The notes under the pieces are model-generated. The model made no database searches. It saw only the letters and a program-made list of their open reading frames with translations, and was not told where the DNA came from. The translations under genes and the position numbers were made by a program. A stretch of DNA of 64,000 bases from Eledone cirrhosa (Eukaryota), in NCBI GenBank assembly GCA_964016885.1, contig OZ024753.1:32426001-32490000 (forward strand). The letters are read 5' to 3'. Each line of letters starts with the position of its first letter. The first letter of the stretch is position 1. Positions 1 through 17,179 of the stretch are shown piece after piece.

Positions 1-1524
<1,524 letters not shown>

Positions 1525-1724
1525 NNNNNNNNNNNNNNNNNNNNNNNNNNNNNNNNNNNNNNNNNNNNNNNNNNNNNNNNNNNNNNNNNNNNNNNNNNNN
1601 NNNNNNNNNNNNNNNNNNNNNNNNNNNNNNNNNNNNNNNNNNNNNNNNNNNNNNNNNNNNNNNNNNNNNNNNNNNNNNNNNNNNNNNNNNNNNNNNNNNN
1701 NNNNNNNNNNNNNNNNNNNNNNNN
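1525..1724. other. Assembly gap (200 N)
   Basis: Run of N. Confidence 0.99.
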
Positions 1725-1760
1725 TAAATATACACACATAAAACACATATACACACAAAC

Positions 1761-1815
<55 letters not shown>

Positions 1816-2636
1816 TACACATATACACATATACAAACAAATATATACACATACAAGTAAATAGGTACTCAATAAATATACGCATATACGCAGGCACTTA
1901 AAGACACCTCTACAGGCAGAAAATGTAGATACGAAAGAGGTACTCACATAACCATAGTGGCCGTGTTTCAGGTTGAGGAGGGGTGGGGGTAGGGTGGGGA
2001 GGAGGTATAGGGGCCAATAGGGGGAGGTCGTTTTTAGCCATCAGGCTTTAACACTGGCTTAAAGTGTTTGAATGTTGCAAAGTTCTTGTGCATGCAGTTC
2101 GGGCAGTGTTCAGAGAGTTTGTTCAGTAGCGGGCCCTTGGCGAATAAAATTTCGTAGCTCTCTGAAATACAAAGGTCGCAGCCCTTGTGTCCTCCGTTGT
2201 AAGAGCGCGCTTTCTGGAGTATTTTCCAATTAAGCGTGAAGGGGGTGGAGTTCCTTTTGAGGTCCCAAACGTAGGAGGCGAGTGTTGTCTGATTTGATTT
2301 ATCCGGTCTTCTGAAGGAGTGGGTATGGGCATACCAACGGGTCTTAAAGTTGTTGGAGGTCATGCCGATGTAAGTTTTTTTGCAATCCTCGGTGCCTGAG
2401 ATGACATCGCATTTGTATACGATGTCATTTGTGAGGCATTTGTTTTCTAGTGGGCATGCTTCCTTATTTAGGCAATTACATAGAGCCCCAGTCCGGGGAT
2501 TGGTTTCGGAGGTGGTTGGCTTATTTAGTTTAGAGTTGTGGTTGGCTATATTCCTAGCTAGGTTAGGTGTGGTGGAGTAAGACAGTCTTATAGTGTTCTT
2601 ATTAAAGATGGTGTAGTACCTATGTTGTATAGTACC

Positions 2637-2637
<1 letters not shown>
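1725..2637 (-). mobile_element. Penelope-like retroelement 3' fragment (GIY-YIG endonuclease plus 3' UTR), Nematis-like, 5'-truncated at a (TA)n tract
   Basis: ORF 2034-2637 reads IRLSYSTTPNL...CNCLNKEACPLENKCL..IVYKC..KTYIGMT..FKTRWYAH..SF..TTLASYVW..WKIL..CDLC..E..LLNK..CMHK: VY-YIG motifs, catalytic R/H/E/N, Cys-rich linker. Clade label is from memory of motif patterns. Confidence 0.88.
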
Positions 2638-2720
<83 letters not shown>

Positions 2721-2736
2721 TATATATATATATATT

Positions 2737-3563
2737 TTTACATTCATTTGATTTATTGATATTTTATCTGAGTGTCCCGAATCTTCCAGATCGCAATTTT
2801 TCGGTCGTACGGTTGATTATAGACTTGTTCTATGTGTGACGGTATTTTAACGATAGTTATAGCTCTGATTTATCTGAATTATTGAGCCCTCTGCCGCTCA
2901 TTTCGAATTTTGTTTATCGTGAACTCGTGCGCCGATTTTTCGATACTCGATTATTCTACTATATTTAGCTCTAGACCTAGCTATTTACCAGTTAATTTTA
3001 TTGTTCATTTTTTGTCGATTCTATTAAATGATGAATAGCTCCTGTTTATTTTAACATGTCTATTGAGCACTCTTATTCGATATGTGTATTTCCACATTTT
3101 CCCGAATATTTTTTGCGGATATAGAGGTTATCTCCCTTGCTGAATTCCATGTGCTTTTTCAGCCTGGGTTATGCCTTTTCATTCGCTCGGACAAAGGCTC
3201 GTTGAGGAAGTAAATTCCGGTCCGCTGGCTCCTATAAGTCTTATATATATTTATGTGAGCTGATAGAGGGCAGTTTAAGGATTTACAGAAACCCAAGAAG
3301 CTAGATTTACCATCTTTCTAGCGGGTCCGGGTATGCTTTTTACATTCATTTTATATTTATTGATATTTTATCTGAGTGTCCCGAATCTTCCAGATCGCAA
3401 TTTTTCGGTCGTACGGTTGATTATAGACTTGTTCTATGTGTGACGGTATTTTAACGATAGTTATAGCTCTGATTTCTCGGAATTATTGAGCCCTCTGCCG
3501 CTCATTTCGAATTTTGTTTATCGTGAACTCGTGCGCCGATTTTTCGATACTCGATTATTCTAC

Positions 3564-3565
<2 letters not shown>
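2737..3565. repeat. Non-coding unit bounded by ~225-bp direct repeats (2737-2962 and 3338-3565), flanked by (TA)n; possible PLE pseudo-LTR
   Basis: Near-identical direct repeats tacattcattt...gattattctactatat. Confidence 0.7.
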
Positions 3566-3609
<44 letters not shown>

Positions 3610-4464
3610 TTCCTTTTCACTTATGCATACGTACGTCTCTTTACTTCATTCGACACTAAGTAAATTCACTGTATTCATCGGCAAAAATCTCTACTCTATC
3701 TCGATCATCTCCTTCCTTATACAATTTACAAAGGGTTTGATATTGCATCTACTAAATTTACTCCCATCTTTATCTCTATCTATCTCCACATCTCTACTAA
3801 ATAACTATATGTTATTGTCATTTCCGTCTTCTGCAACATCACCCCCTTCTCCCTCTCTTTCCTAAATCATCGTTTCTCTCTCTATTCTAATCAATTATTA
3901 CATTTTATAAAGTCAACTACTCTTCCACAATAGCCTAACACTTTATATGGACATGCGTGCGTGTATATCTGTAAGTGTGTGTGTGAATGTAGACAGGTCT
4001 CATTAAAACTTATTTACTTTCAATTATTTACCGGATATTAAATTCATATTTGTAACACTTTGTAGAACTTTTTTTTTATTCAAATTCTTGAAAACCTAAA
4101 CCACTTTTACAAAGATGAAGATTTGCGATAATGCAATACTTTCTTCAATAAACCGGACTACTTGTTACACATTCAACCATTCTTGTTTTTTGATCTAATT
4201 GGTAACAGAGATACTATATTTTTAAAAGTTAGATTTCCTCCATTTTGTATTTCCTCCATTTAATATTTTTTTTAGAAGATGAAATATGTTAAAAAATCAT
4301 TTTGTATTCTAATTTCAAACACGATTATGCATTCAGATCAAGTTTATACCGTTTTCCATCAAATGGGTTCCGTTGATACGAAGCACTGAACGTAAGTACG
4401 CGTGTGTCGTGATGAAGACATAGCATTTTGTTTTATCCCACAGGACGTTACAATCCATATATTG

Positions 4465-5445
<981 letters not shown>

Positions 5446-5716
5446 CAATATTAAATAAATGGAAACTATATTTATAAAACCATATTTATTTCATTATATA
5501 TATTTCGGGGATATCATATTAAATATGATATAATATTATGTAAATATACTCCAAATATTTGTCGAGTGCTTTTATATCAGTTATAAATATTTACTAGTTG
5601 TAACCCAACAATTTTAAATATAACTTTCCATATATATAAATATATATATATAAATATAAATATATATATATATAAATATATATATAAATATATATATATA
5701 TAAATATATATATATA

Positions 5717-5909
<193 letters not shown>

Positions 5910-5961
5910 GTAAGTGCCATACTAAGAGTGAGAAATGAAATTTCGTTTTCATTTTGTTTCA

Positions 5962-5995
<34 letters not shown>

Positions 5996-7361
5996 TCAGC
6001 GGTCAATTCGGCTTCGTACATTGTTTGTTTACATATTATACACCAAGGAATAGAAAGGAGAAACACATACTTCAAGCAAATGGAATATGTGTGATACAGA
6101 TGTTTAAGGAAGTTTGCTTTAATTTTGATCCATCTGGGCGGAGAATCGGAGCCAGTGTTTTATGTTATAGCCCCTAGTTAGCAAATGTCTTCCAGTGAAA
6201 CTTGGCAGGCAGAAACTGCATGGAAGATCTTTGGAAGTATCTTGATTCGTTCCTGCTTGATAAATGAAATCTGTCTTCTGGTTTTACCGTACTACAGCCT
6301 TGTCTGGACGTTTTTGTCTTAGTTAACTACATTGTAAGCATCTAAAACCAGGCTGCAATTGTCTGAAGGTAAATCGCTACCTTCCTTCATCTACCCAGCT
6401 ACACAGGCCCCCAAAAGAATCCCAAGCTAAGCCCTTCATTTTGAGTAGTCTATTCTATTCTAAGAATTTAAGAACGTGTGTTGTGTAAAAAATATAAAAG
6501 TAATACTGATTACATAGGTTACATATAACAACATAATAAAAAATAGAGTAACGCTATGGAAGCATCTCTTTGTCTTTAAAGAGAGAAAACCAGCGACTAC
6601 AGACAGTTCTTTCATCATTTTAGAGAGGACATCTACACTTTCTCTACTCACTATTTTGGTTAAGCTAACTGTAATCCATAAGTTTTATTTCTTGAATTAG
6701 CAAACAGCCTTTGGTTGGTAAGTTTATGAAATAAATGTTTGTATGATAATATTTGAGAGAAGTGTTATAGTTCTAAATGTGTTATAGGAAATGGAAGTGC
6801 GAAGTTGAGGCTCTTCACAAACGAACCTTGAGAAAAAACAAATAATAACCATGAATTAAACATATCATATTAAAGCAGCTATCTGGTGATATCATGACAA
6901 TATGTCAACGAAGAGGTTGCAACTCTGGTGTAGATTATCTGTCAGTAAATTTAGAAAACAAATATTCCCTTTCACAGTATCAGATGATCTTTCTCAGTAA
7001 TGTTAGATTTTTGATACCTTATGCTGTCAGAAAAACCATAATTTTACATTTATCTCATTGAATCAATTAACATACAATAATCTCTCAATAACTCTGCCAT
7101 GTATCTTCTGATAGATGACAATCAATAAACGAATTTCACCACCGAAGGCACCATCACCACCACCACCACCACCACCAGATAGCGAGTTTTCATTTTTATT
7201 TTTTATTTTATAGTAAATTGTTTTAACCAGGGATTGGCAATAGGTGGGCCACTGAGGTGTTCTCTGTGGGTTCAGACCGTCTCATATGTTTAATGTAATC
7301 TATGATAGAATATACGCACTCGGTTAGATTGGCATTGCATTAATATTAATTGTGTCTTATT

Positions 7362-7566
7362 CAGGCTCAAGGCCAACAGTTTGGGAGGAGGTGAAAGTCG
7401 TATAGATCGGCCACAGTGCGTTACTGGTACTTTATTTTATCGATCCCGGAATGAGGAAAGGCAAAGCTAACCGTGACAGGATTTGGGCCCTGAACGGAAA
7501 GAGCCGTAAGTCTATGCCACAAAATATGTTGTCCGATGCTCTACCGATACCACCAATCAACCGTCC
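7362..7566 (-). mobile_element. SINE (family with ggcacaaggcc...ggtactttattttatcgacccc core), diverged
   Basis: Similar to copies at 45443, 51812, 52431 and 39806. Confidence 0.7.
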
Positions 7567-8034
7567 TTTTGTATTAATATTAATGTAATTAAGATATATT
7601 CAGGAACATATACCAACGGGTTTTATATTGATGCAAAGGAACAGTGCTCCGTGCTAAACGGAAGAATGTGAATTCCTTAATAAAACAGCCATGCCTGTAA
7701 TATTATGTATTTTGTTATTCGTTTTAGCTATTTCCTTTTTCGATTTCATTATTCTTTGGATTCACATATTGTGCTGAATATACCTAAGCCACCTACTTGA
7801 TATCCCCATTTTGTTAAAAAAAAAAAAACACAAAAAAAAAACAAGATTCCGAAAATCACACAAAAAGCTACTTCATTTTGAAGAATTACTATCATTGAGA
7901 TAATAATTGTACATAAAACAAAAAAGAAAATATATCTAAGCTGCCAACTTAAGTAGTTTGTGAGATAACCAGAGCGCAAACTGATGCAATCGATCAATGC
8001 TGAAACAAAACCAAATAAAAGAAGCAGAGAGGGG

Positions 8035-8126
<92 letters not shown>

Positions 8127-8456
8127 CAGTGAAAGGTAGTGTTACTAATGGTTTGATAGCTGGGTATCTCATACAAAAGGAGCGATGGCAGCTGTGCACA
8201 GACACTTTCGTGTATGTTAACTAGACACGAAAGTTCCAGAATCACTCAGAAAGCATTTGTCCAATCGATGTAATGCTACAAGAACTTTTTCTATCCACAC
8301 CACCGCACATACAAAACAAAGAAAAAACAAGACCAAGCAAAACAAAATGAAGAGATAATGGAAATGAAATGTCGTCAACTTGCATTGGAATTATTTTTTC
8401 AAGATCACAACACGCCAGAATCTTATTCTTCATTCAATGATACGCGTTGTATAAAG

Positions 8457-8532
<76 letters not shown>

Positions 8533-9168
8533 GTATATTTCGATCTCATTAGCCGTTTATCATCAAATCGTGAAATCACATATAATGCTTCTGAAACATG
8601 AGATGAAATAGGTTATATATATATATATATATATATATCTGTGTGCATCTGTGTGTGTGTGTGTGTGTTTGTGCGTACATACAATTATATAATAGAAATA
8701 TCCGAATTAATCTTCAGAAACAAAAGTGAAATAAGCTATAAAACGATAATTAATATCAATAACTAAACAAATCAATAAATAAATAAAGAAATACAAAGTA
8801 ATAATGAAACAAACACAAATATAACAACTATGGTATTTGCGGTCATTAATGTTATCTGGTCTAGACAAAACCAGTACCATCTTACGTTACCATTATTGTC
8901 CGGCAGTGTTTTTGCGTCTTTAACCTTAATGTCTTAAACAAACCTCTACGACACACTCTTCACCCGTTTCAGCATCCTCAGACTAACTATAGCTGTCATT
9001 TTCTATTTGTTTTTATTCTTCAACATAATGACGTTCATCCATATTGAATAGAAACATTTTGTTTTAAAAATGAAAAAAAAAAAAATGAATTGAATAAATA
9101 AATAAATAGATGAAGACGACATCCTGGTTCAAATGAATAATAAATATATATATATATGTATATATATA

Positions 9169-9240
<72 letters not shown>

Positions 9241-9328
9241 TATATATATATATATATATGAATATATATATATATATATATGAATATATATATATATATA
9301 TATATGAATATATATATATATATATATA

Positions 9329-9364
<36 letters not shown>

Positions 9365-9479
9365 TATATATGAATATATATATATGAATACATATATATA
9401 TATATGAATATATATATATGAATACATATATATATATATATATATATATGAATATATATATATGAATATATATATATGA

Positions 9480-9516
<37 letters not shown>

Positions 9517-9621
9517 TATATATATATGAATATATATATATGAATATATATATATATGAATATATATATATATATAAATATATATATGAATATATATATA
9601 TATATATATGAATATATATAT

Positions 9622-10470
9622 ATTGTTATACTTTGGGAGGGTAATGTTGCCAATAAGAAACACACGCACCAGTTGCTTTCACTTCAATTTATTATATATT
9701 TATAAATTTATAAATCTACAAATCTACAAACTTATAAATTTCTGGTTGGTTGGTTGGTTCCACAACCAGATAGTTGTTTATATATAGTCATAGTCCTTTC
9801 GTCACACACTCTGTGACCTCTTCAGTGACTGGGGATTCCTTTCTTTGTTTCTGTGCCTTTCCTTTATTCTGTCCTACGCCATTTTGTTTCTGTGTGTTGT
9901 GTGCTCAGTTTGCACATGCGCCACATCCGGGTGTCTGTGTGTGTTTGTGTTCATTTATCTATTTGTTTATTTATTTACATGTTGTTGGTTGGTTGTTTGT
10001 TCTATGTGTGTGTGTGTTTTCATTTTGTCCTTAATTGTAAGTTGTGATGTTGCTGTTCCACTCATATTTTCTATTTAATTTTGGTTGTAATTCTTTTATG
10101 CTTACTGCCTCTGTAATTTGCCTAAACATTGCATCTTTTCTGTGTGTGGATTCTATTTTTATTTCTATGTTCTCTAATTTACCCTTGTGTTCTATCTTAG
10201 CATGTTGGTAGAGTACAGATGATTCTTTATTATCTTGAAGGTCTCGCCAGTGTTCATTTATCCGTTCCCCTATACTACGAGCTGTCTCACCTATGTACAC
10301 TATATTTTTGTTTCTACATTGTCCTTCAGTACATCTTATGCTATACACTACATTTCTAGTTTTACAGTTAATATGGGGGCTTATTTTACAGGTTATACAT
10401 TTCTTATCTATACATGAGGGTCTTTGGAACGGGTATGTCTTGCTAATAAGTGTTTTTACGGAGGTACCTA
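9622..10470 (-). mobile_element. Penelope-like element subfamily A, left arm (GIY-YIG domain, UTR, hammerhead), Neptune-like
   Basis: ORF 10031-10486: [52 protein letters not shown]; inverted homologue at 12171-13092. Confidence 0.9.
9786..9830 (-). ncRNA. Minimal type I hammerhead ribozyme motif
   Basis: Reverse complement: AGUCA-CUGAAGA-G-GUCACA gagug UGUGAC-GAAA-GGAC-UA-UGACU (5-bp stem I, 6-bp stem II, minimal stem III). Confidence 0.8.
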
Positions 10471-11362
10471 AAACACTTATTAGCAAGACATACCCTCAGA
10501 AATAATTTTATTTGTTTATTGAATAAAACCAACAAAGATCCAATATAATAATGGATTACTTTAGGGAAGAAGTAGGTCATAAAATTATTTCTGAGGTCAA
10601 CATATGACCTACTTCTTCCCTAAAGTAATCCATTATTATATTGGATCTTTGTTGGTTTTATTCAATAAATAAATAAAATTATTTCTGAGGTCAACATATG
10701 ACCTACTTCTTCCCTAAAGTAATCCTTCATTCATAATACTCTTTTCCATCCAAAATTGAAATCTACTTCCCCTACCCATAATTTCAGGTTCTCCTAATTC
10801 TATATCACTATCTTGACCCTCACTATCTCCTGATTGGTCAATTCAAAACCTGTTCCCAAACAGACCTATTGTATTGAATCTTTGTCCTTATCAATAAACA
10901 AGTATCATTATTTCTGAAGACAGCATATATATGTGAAGGTATGTATATTCCCTCTGATAGTTTCTATAAATATTGTACATAGATCTATAGAATATGCATA
11001 CCAACTCTAACACATATATATCCTAGAAACGATCGTAAAATAATGAATTTTTTTTGTTTAATATAAGGAACTGTTTCATTGTTTATTCATTATTTTTTTA
11101 ATAATTTATCTTGACTCTGTTTTCCGTTTATTTTTCACCGAAAGTAGTTTTTGAATGCATCTTCTCCTTTCATGATATCCGGATTACATTGAGTTCTTCA
11201 TACGGATTGGACACTACCGTAAACTTTTGGTAGATTTATCTACATATATGAATATATATATATATATGAATATATTATATATATATGAATATATATATAT
11301 ATGAATATATATATATATATGAATATATATATATATATATATGAATATATATATATATATGA

Positions 11363-11402
<40 letters not shown>

Positions 11403-11670
11403 TATATATGAATATATTATATATATATATATATATATATGAATATATATATATATATATATGAATATATATATATATATGAATATATTATATATATATA
11501 TAAATATATATATATATATGAATATATTATATATATATATATATATATATGAATATATATTATACATATGAATATATATATATATATATGAATATATATT
11601 ATATATATGAATATATATATATATATATGAATATATATTATATATGAATATATATATATAAGAATATATA

Positions 11671-11713
<43 letters not shown>

Positions 11714-12004
11714 TATATATATATATGAATATATATATATATATATATATGAATATATATTATATATATATATATGAATATATATTATATATATATATAT
11801 ATGAATATATATTATATATATATATATATGAATATATATTATATATATATATATATATGAATATATATTATATATATATATACATGAATATATATTATAT
11901 ATATATATATATGAATATATATTATATATATATATATGGATATATATATATATAGGGATATATATATATATATGAATATATATAAATATATATATATATA
12001 TATA

Positions 12005-12095
<91 letters not shown>

Positions 12096-12096
12096 A

Positions 12097-12170
<74 letters not shown>

Positions 12171-12174
<4 letters not shown>

Positions 12175-13092
12175 ATAACCTGTAAAATAAGCCCCCATAT
12201 TAACTGTAAAACTAGAAATGTAGTATATAGCATAAGATGTACTGAAGGACAATGTAGAAACAAAAATATAGTGTACATAGGTGAGACAGCTCGTAGTATA
12301 GGGGAACGAATAAATGAACACTGGCGAGACCTCCAAGATAGTAAAGAATCATCTGTGCTCTACCAACATGCTAAGATAGAACACAGGGGTAAATTAGAGA
12401 GCATAGAAATAAAAATAGAATCCACACACAAGAAAGACGCAATGTTTAGGCAAATTACAGAGGCAGTAAGCATAAAAGAATTAAAACCAAAATTAAATAG
12501 AAAATATGAGTGGAACAGCAACATCACAACTTACAATTAAGGACAAAATGAAAACACACACACACATAGAACAAACAACTTACAATTGAAAACACACACA
12601 AAATGAAAACACACACAAGACAAAATGAAAACACACACACACACATAGAACAAACAACCAACCAACAATAAATAAATAAATAAACAAATAAATATAAATA
12701 GAAAAATAGAAAAATGAACACAAACACACACAGACACCCGGATGTGGCGCATGCGCAAACTGAGCACGCAACCCACACACAAACAAAATGGCGTAGGATA
12801 GAAGAAAGGAAAGGCACAGAAACGAAGAAAGAAATCCCCAGTCACTGAAGAGGTCACAGAGTGTGTGACGAAAGAACTATGACTATATATATATAAACAA
12901 CAATCTGGTTGTGGGACCAACCAACCAACCAGAAATTTATAAATTTATAAATATATAATAAATTAAATTGAAGTGAAAGCAACTGGTGCGTGTGTTTCTT
13001 ATTGGCAACATGACCCTCCCAAAGTATAACAATATCGGTTTCAACACACGATTTCAGATAAAGAATCTTGCTAAACAAATTCAGAAACGAAA
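12171..13092 (+). mobile_element. Penelope-like element subfamily A, right arm (inverted relative to 9622-10470)
   Basis: ORF to 12540 near-identical to 10031-10486; UTR is the reverse complement of 9622-10030. Confidence 0.9.
12840..12884 (+). ncRNA. Minimal type I hammerhead ribozyme motif
   Basis: agtca-CTGAAGA-g-gtcaca gagtg tgtgac-GAAA-gaac-TA-tgact. Confidence 0.8.
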
Positions 13093-13119
13093 TATATATA
13101 TATATATATATATGTATAC

Positions 13120-13201
<82 letters not shown>

Positions 13202-13248
13202 GAATATATATATATATATGTATATGAATATATATATATATATATATA

Positions 13249-13318
<70 letters not shown>

Positions 13319-14025
13319 TATATACATATATATATGAATATATATTATTCTACTAGATTTAATAATTAACTAATTAATTTAATTAGACAATTCTGTTGAT
13401 TGGTTAATTATTTGTGTTTGTTTTATAACATCTAGTTGAGAGCTTATGATGATTAGCGGAAATTAAAATGTTTCCTTTCGCTAGCATTTTGAATGACCCG
13501 CCTAAAACCGGGGGTTATTTCCCTTGCCTGAATTAACACGTGATAGCTATAGATACGATTAGCCGCATGGAGCAGCAACATATAATTTATCACTCCGGTC
13601 CTAGGCAGAACGAAATACCTGTTGATAAACTGAATCCTCCTTTCGATCACCAAAACATGAGCTTGCCATTCACGTAAGACTGATATTTGATTTCGGATCC
13701 AAAGAAACACTTTAAACGATTGTTCGTTTGATTTGTCCAGGTGTACTTTTCTCAACCTGATTAGTTCTATCGTTACTTTAGTATATATTGTGTGTTAGTT
13801 TCGCCTACCACAATGTTCGATTTGTCAAGCTATTTAAACGTATGTTATTACTCTAAGGTCCTATCTTATCTAGTGCTTTGCTAACTCATCATTTCATATA
13901 AGTAGGCCGAATTTACTTGCAAACCGCCAGAGATTCCATTTTACTGATTTCCAATTATATATATATATATATATATATATGAATATATATATATATATGA
14001 ATATATATATATATATATATATATA

Positions 14026-14063
<38 letters not shown>

Positions 14064-14077
14064 TATATATATATATA

Positions 14078-14111
<34 letters not shown>

Positions 14112-14161
14112 TATATATATATATATATATATATAGATGAATATATATATATATATAAATG

Positions 14162-14192
<31 letters not shown>

Positions 14193-14414
14193 GAATATAT
14201 ATATATATATATATATATGAATATATATATATATATATATATATAAATGAATATATATATATATATATATGAATATATATATATATATATGAATATATAT
14301 ATATATATATATATATGAATATATATATATATGAATATATATATATATATATATGAATACATTGACAGTCCATCGACTTTCGTCAAATCGGACCGAGGAA
14401 ACAATGTTTCCGTT

Positions 14415-14582
14415 GGTCTTTCCAATTGCTAGTACTCTCTATCGGTCGCAACTCCAGGTATAAGGAGCAACGTGAAATAAAGTGTCTTGCTCAAGGACAT
14501 AACGCAACGCCCGGTCCTGGAATCGAACTTACAACCTCACGATTAGGAATCCAATTCTCTAACCACTCGGCCACACGCCTTC
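14415..14582 (-). mobile_element. tRNA-derived SINE
   Basis: Reverse complement has A box TGGCCGAGTGG, B box GTTCGATTCC, then ccttgagcaagacactttatttcac core shared with 28423. Confidence 0.85.
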
Positions 14583-14619
14583 ACATATGAATATATATAT
14601 ATGAATATATATAGTAATA

Positions 14620-16975
14620 ATAATAAATTTGAAGACTAAAATGCAAAGAGGGTTCGATAATATATATCAAATATATAAGAACCATAGAGCAAATATTTAT
14701 TAAAATAACAGATTAAAGTTTAAGCAAAGAATCGCTGCTTTCACCCTTAACGGGATCTTCTGAAACTAAAAAGTCAATCTAAACGCAGAAGAGGATATTT
14801 CAAAAACGTTGCAACCGGAGGAAGACAGGAAGACGATATTTTGGTTCCTGGAAACGTTCCCTGGCAAAGAACGGGAAAAAACGAATATAATACGTCATTA
14901 ATAGGAGCAGTGTAAAACAATTACGCGCAAAGACAGAACCACGTTTATGGTATAAAAGAGGTCGTAGACAAATGTTCTCTTATGTGGTTCATAGAGACGT
15001 TCTCTGGCAATGAACGAAAAAAACGAAGATAATACGTCATATGTGCGCGTGGAGAACAATTGCACGCAAAGACAAAACCACGTAAATGGTATAGCAGAAG
15101 TCGTAGTCTAAAATTCTAACTAAAGTAGACCGAATGAATCTCCGCTTCAGAGTTAAGAACAAAGTAAATAAATACAATACAGAGGTAATAGAAATTAAAT
15201 AAATACATACACGCATACAAATACGTACATACACGAGCATACGCGAAAACACTTACCATAGGTATATAAAACCACGCATATATAAATATGTGTGTGTGTG
15301 CGTATGCGTGTATACAAATAAATAAATAATTAAATAAACGTATATAAACAAATAAATAGGTATATAACAAGCGCACGCACATACCTTCATGTAAATACAC
15401 AAATGTTCGGAGACGTAAGTCAACCAAAACATGAAGTACACATATACACACACCCTACATACGTACGAACCTGCATACTCACACAGACGCAAAAGTTCCG
15501 TATACACATAACCAAACCATATGTACCAGAATATATAAAATTATACGCCATAACATACACAATCAAATATACGTACAAGAAGGTATACGTGCCTTCACAA
15601 ACATACAGGTAATATATACTTACCTATGGAAATAAGTAATGGTATTAACAAAACATATACTTAGCTACCACATAAAGACGTAAAATATCCACGTATAGAT
15701 CGTACTATCCGTTAGGGTATAACGCGGGGCTGTAATACAGGAAAGTTTTCTGCAATTTATGTTTACAAGCCGAAATTGCCTCAGATTTTTTGTTTAAGAT
15801 GTGGTCTGTGGCGTACACTATTTCCTGGGCCTCAGCGGCGCAGAGGTCACATGGTCTTTTATTTCCGTTATACGATCTAGCGCTAGCTAGGATCTCCCAG
15901 TGTAACTTATTTTGGGTGTGGTTGTCTTTTAGACTCCAAATATAAGCTGAAAGTGACGTCATATTCCTTCTTAGAGGGTAACGAAAAGAATGGGTATGCA
16001 TGTAAATACGCTGCTTGAATCTATTGGCAGTTAACCCTATGTAGGCCCTACGGAACGTGGGTGTTTCAACCTTACATTTGTAGAAAATTTTACTAGAGAG
16101 GCATTTCCCGGATAGGGGGCAATCAACCCGATTCCTAGAATTACAGTTAGTACTAACTATAGGGTAGCACGTGTTCCTACGGCTAGGTAGTTTAGCTAAA
16201 TTCGAAGTTGTGATGTTATGTGCAAGGTTAGGAGTCGTAGAGTAAGAAATTTTAATAGTATTTCTATTAAAAATATTACCATATTTATGTGTAGGGGGAA
16301 ATGCTTCGTAATAAAGGAAAGAAAGATATTAGCTAATGGTATGGCCACCTCCATATTATATGGTGGGTTATACCAACAAATGCGACGGGATCTATTTCTT
16401 CTAGGTCTATTTTCGTACTCTGTATATGCTACCTTATCGACAAATCCCCTCCGAGCAAGAGCTTCATTGTAATAAGTGGAATGGTCGGTGAAAATATCCT
16501 CGTTAGTAGATAGACGGGAAAGCCTCAACGAAACGTTTCTTACCAGGTTCTTGGTTATGCTGGCAGGATGGTTGGAATGCTTACTTATGTAATTAAGCGT
16601 ATCATTCGGCTTTCTATACGGGTAATACAACCCATTCGATAAATTGAGGGTAACGTCGAGGTAATTAACGACCGGGAGATTGGCCTCAACCTGTATAGAG
16701 AGGTTGAAGCCTTTAAAGAAGGCTGTGAGTTCTTTACTGAACCTGTCGCAAGCACGAGGTCCGCACTTAGTCATGTTTTGTTTATTCCATTACTTATTTG
16801 CATAGGGAACGTTTCCACGAACCAAAGTATCGTCTTCCTGTCTTCCTCCGGTTGCAACGTCTTTTTGAAATATCCACTTCTGCGTTTACAGATTGACTTT
16901 GTTAGTTTCAGAAGATCCCGTTAAGGGTGAAAGCAGCGATTCTTTGCTTAAACTTTAATCTGTTATTTTCATAAA
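14620..16975 (-). mobile_element. 5'-truncated Penelope-like element (RT thumb plus GIY-YIG, frameshifted), Nematis-like, with an inverted copy of its 3' UTR (16805-16975) at the 5' junction
   Basis: ORFs 16196-16774 (VNYLDVTLNL..YYPYRKPND..YISKHSNHP..WYNPPY) and 15705-16001 (TSLSAYIWSLK..WEIL..CDLC..E..ILNKKSE..CKHK); 14697-14861 is inverted at 16805-16975. Confidence 0.9.
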
Positions 16976-17051
16976 TATATATATATATATATTTTAATCC
17001 AGAATTAGCCGTCGAAACGGCTTGAGCTCAGCCGTCGGGTTCCTACTCGTT

Positions 17052-17179
<128 letters not shown>

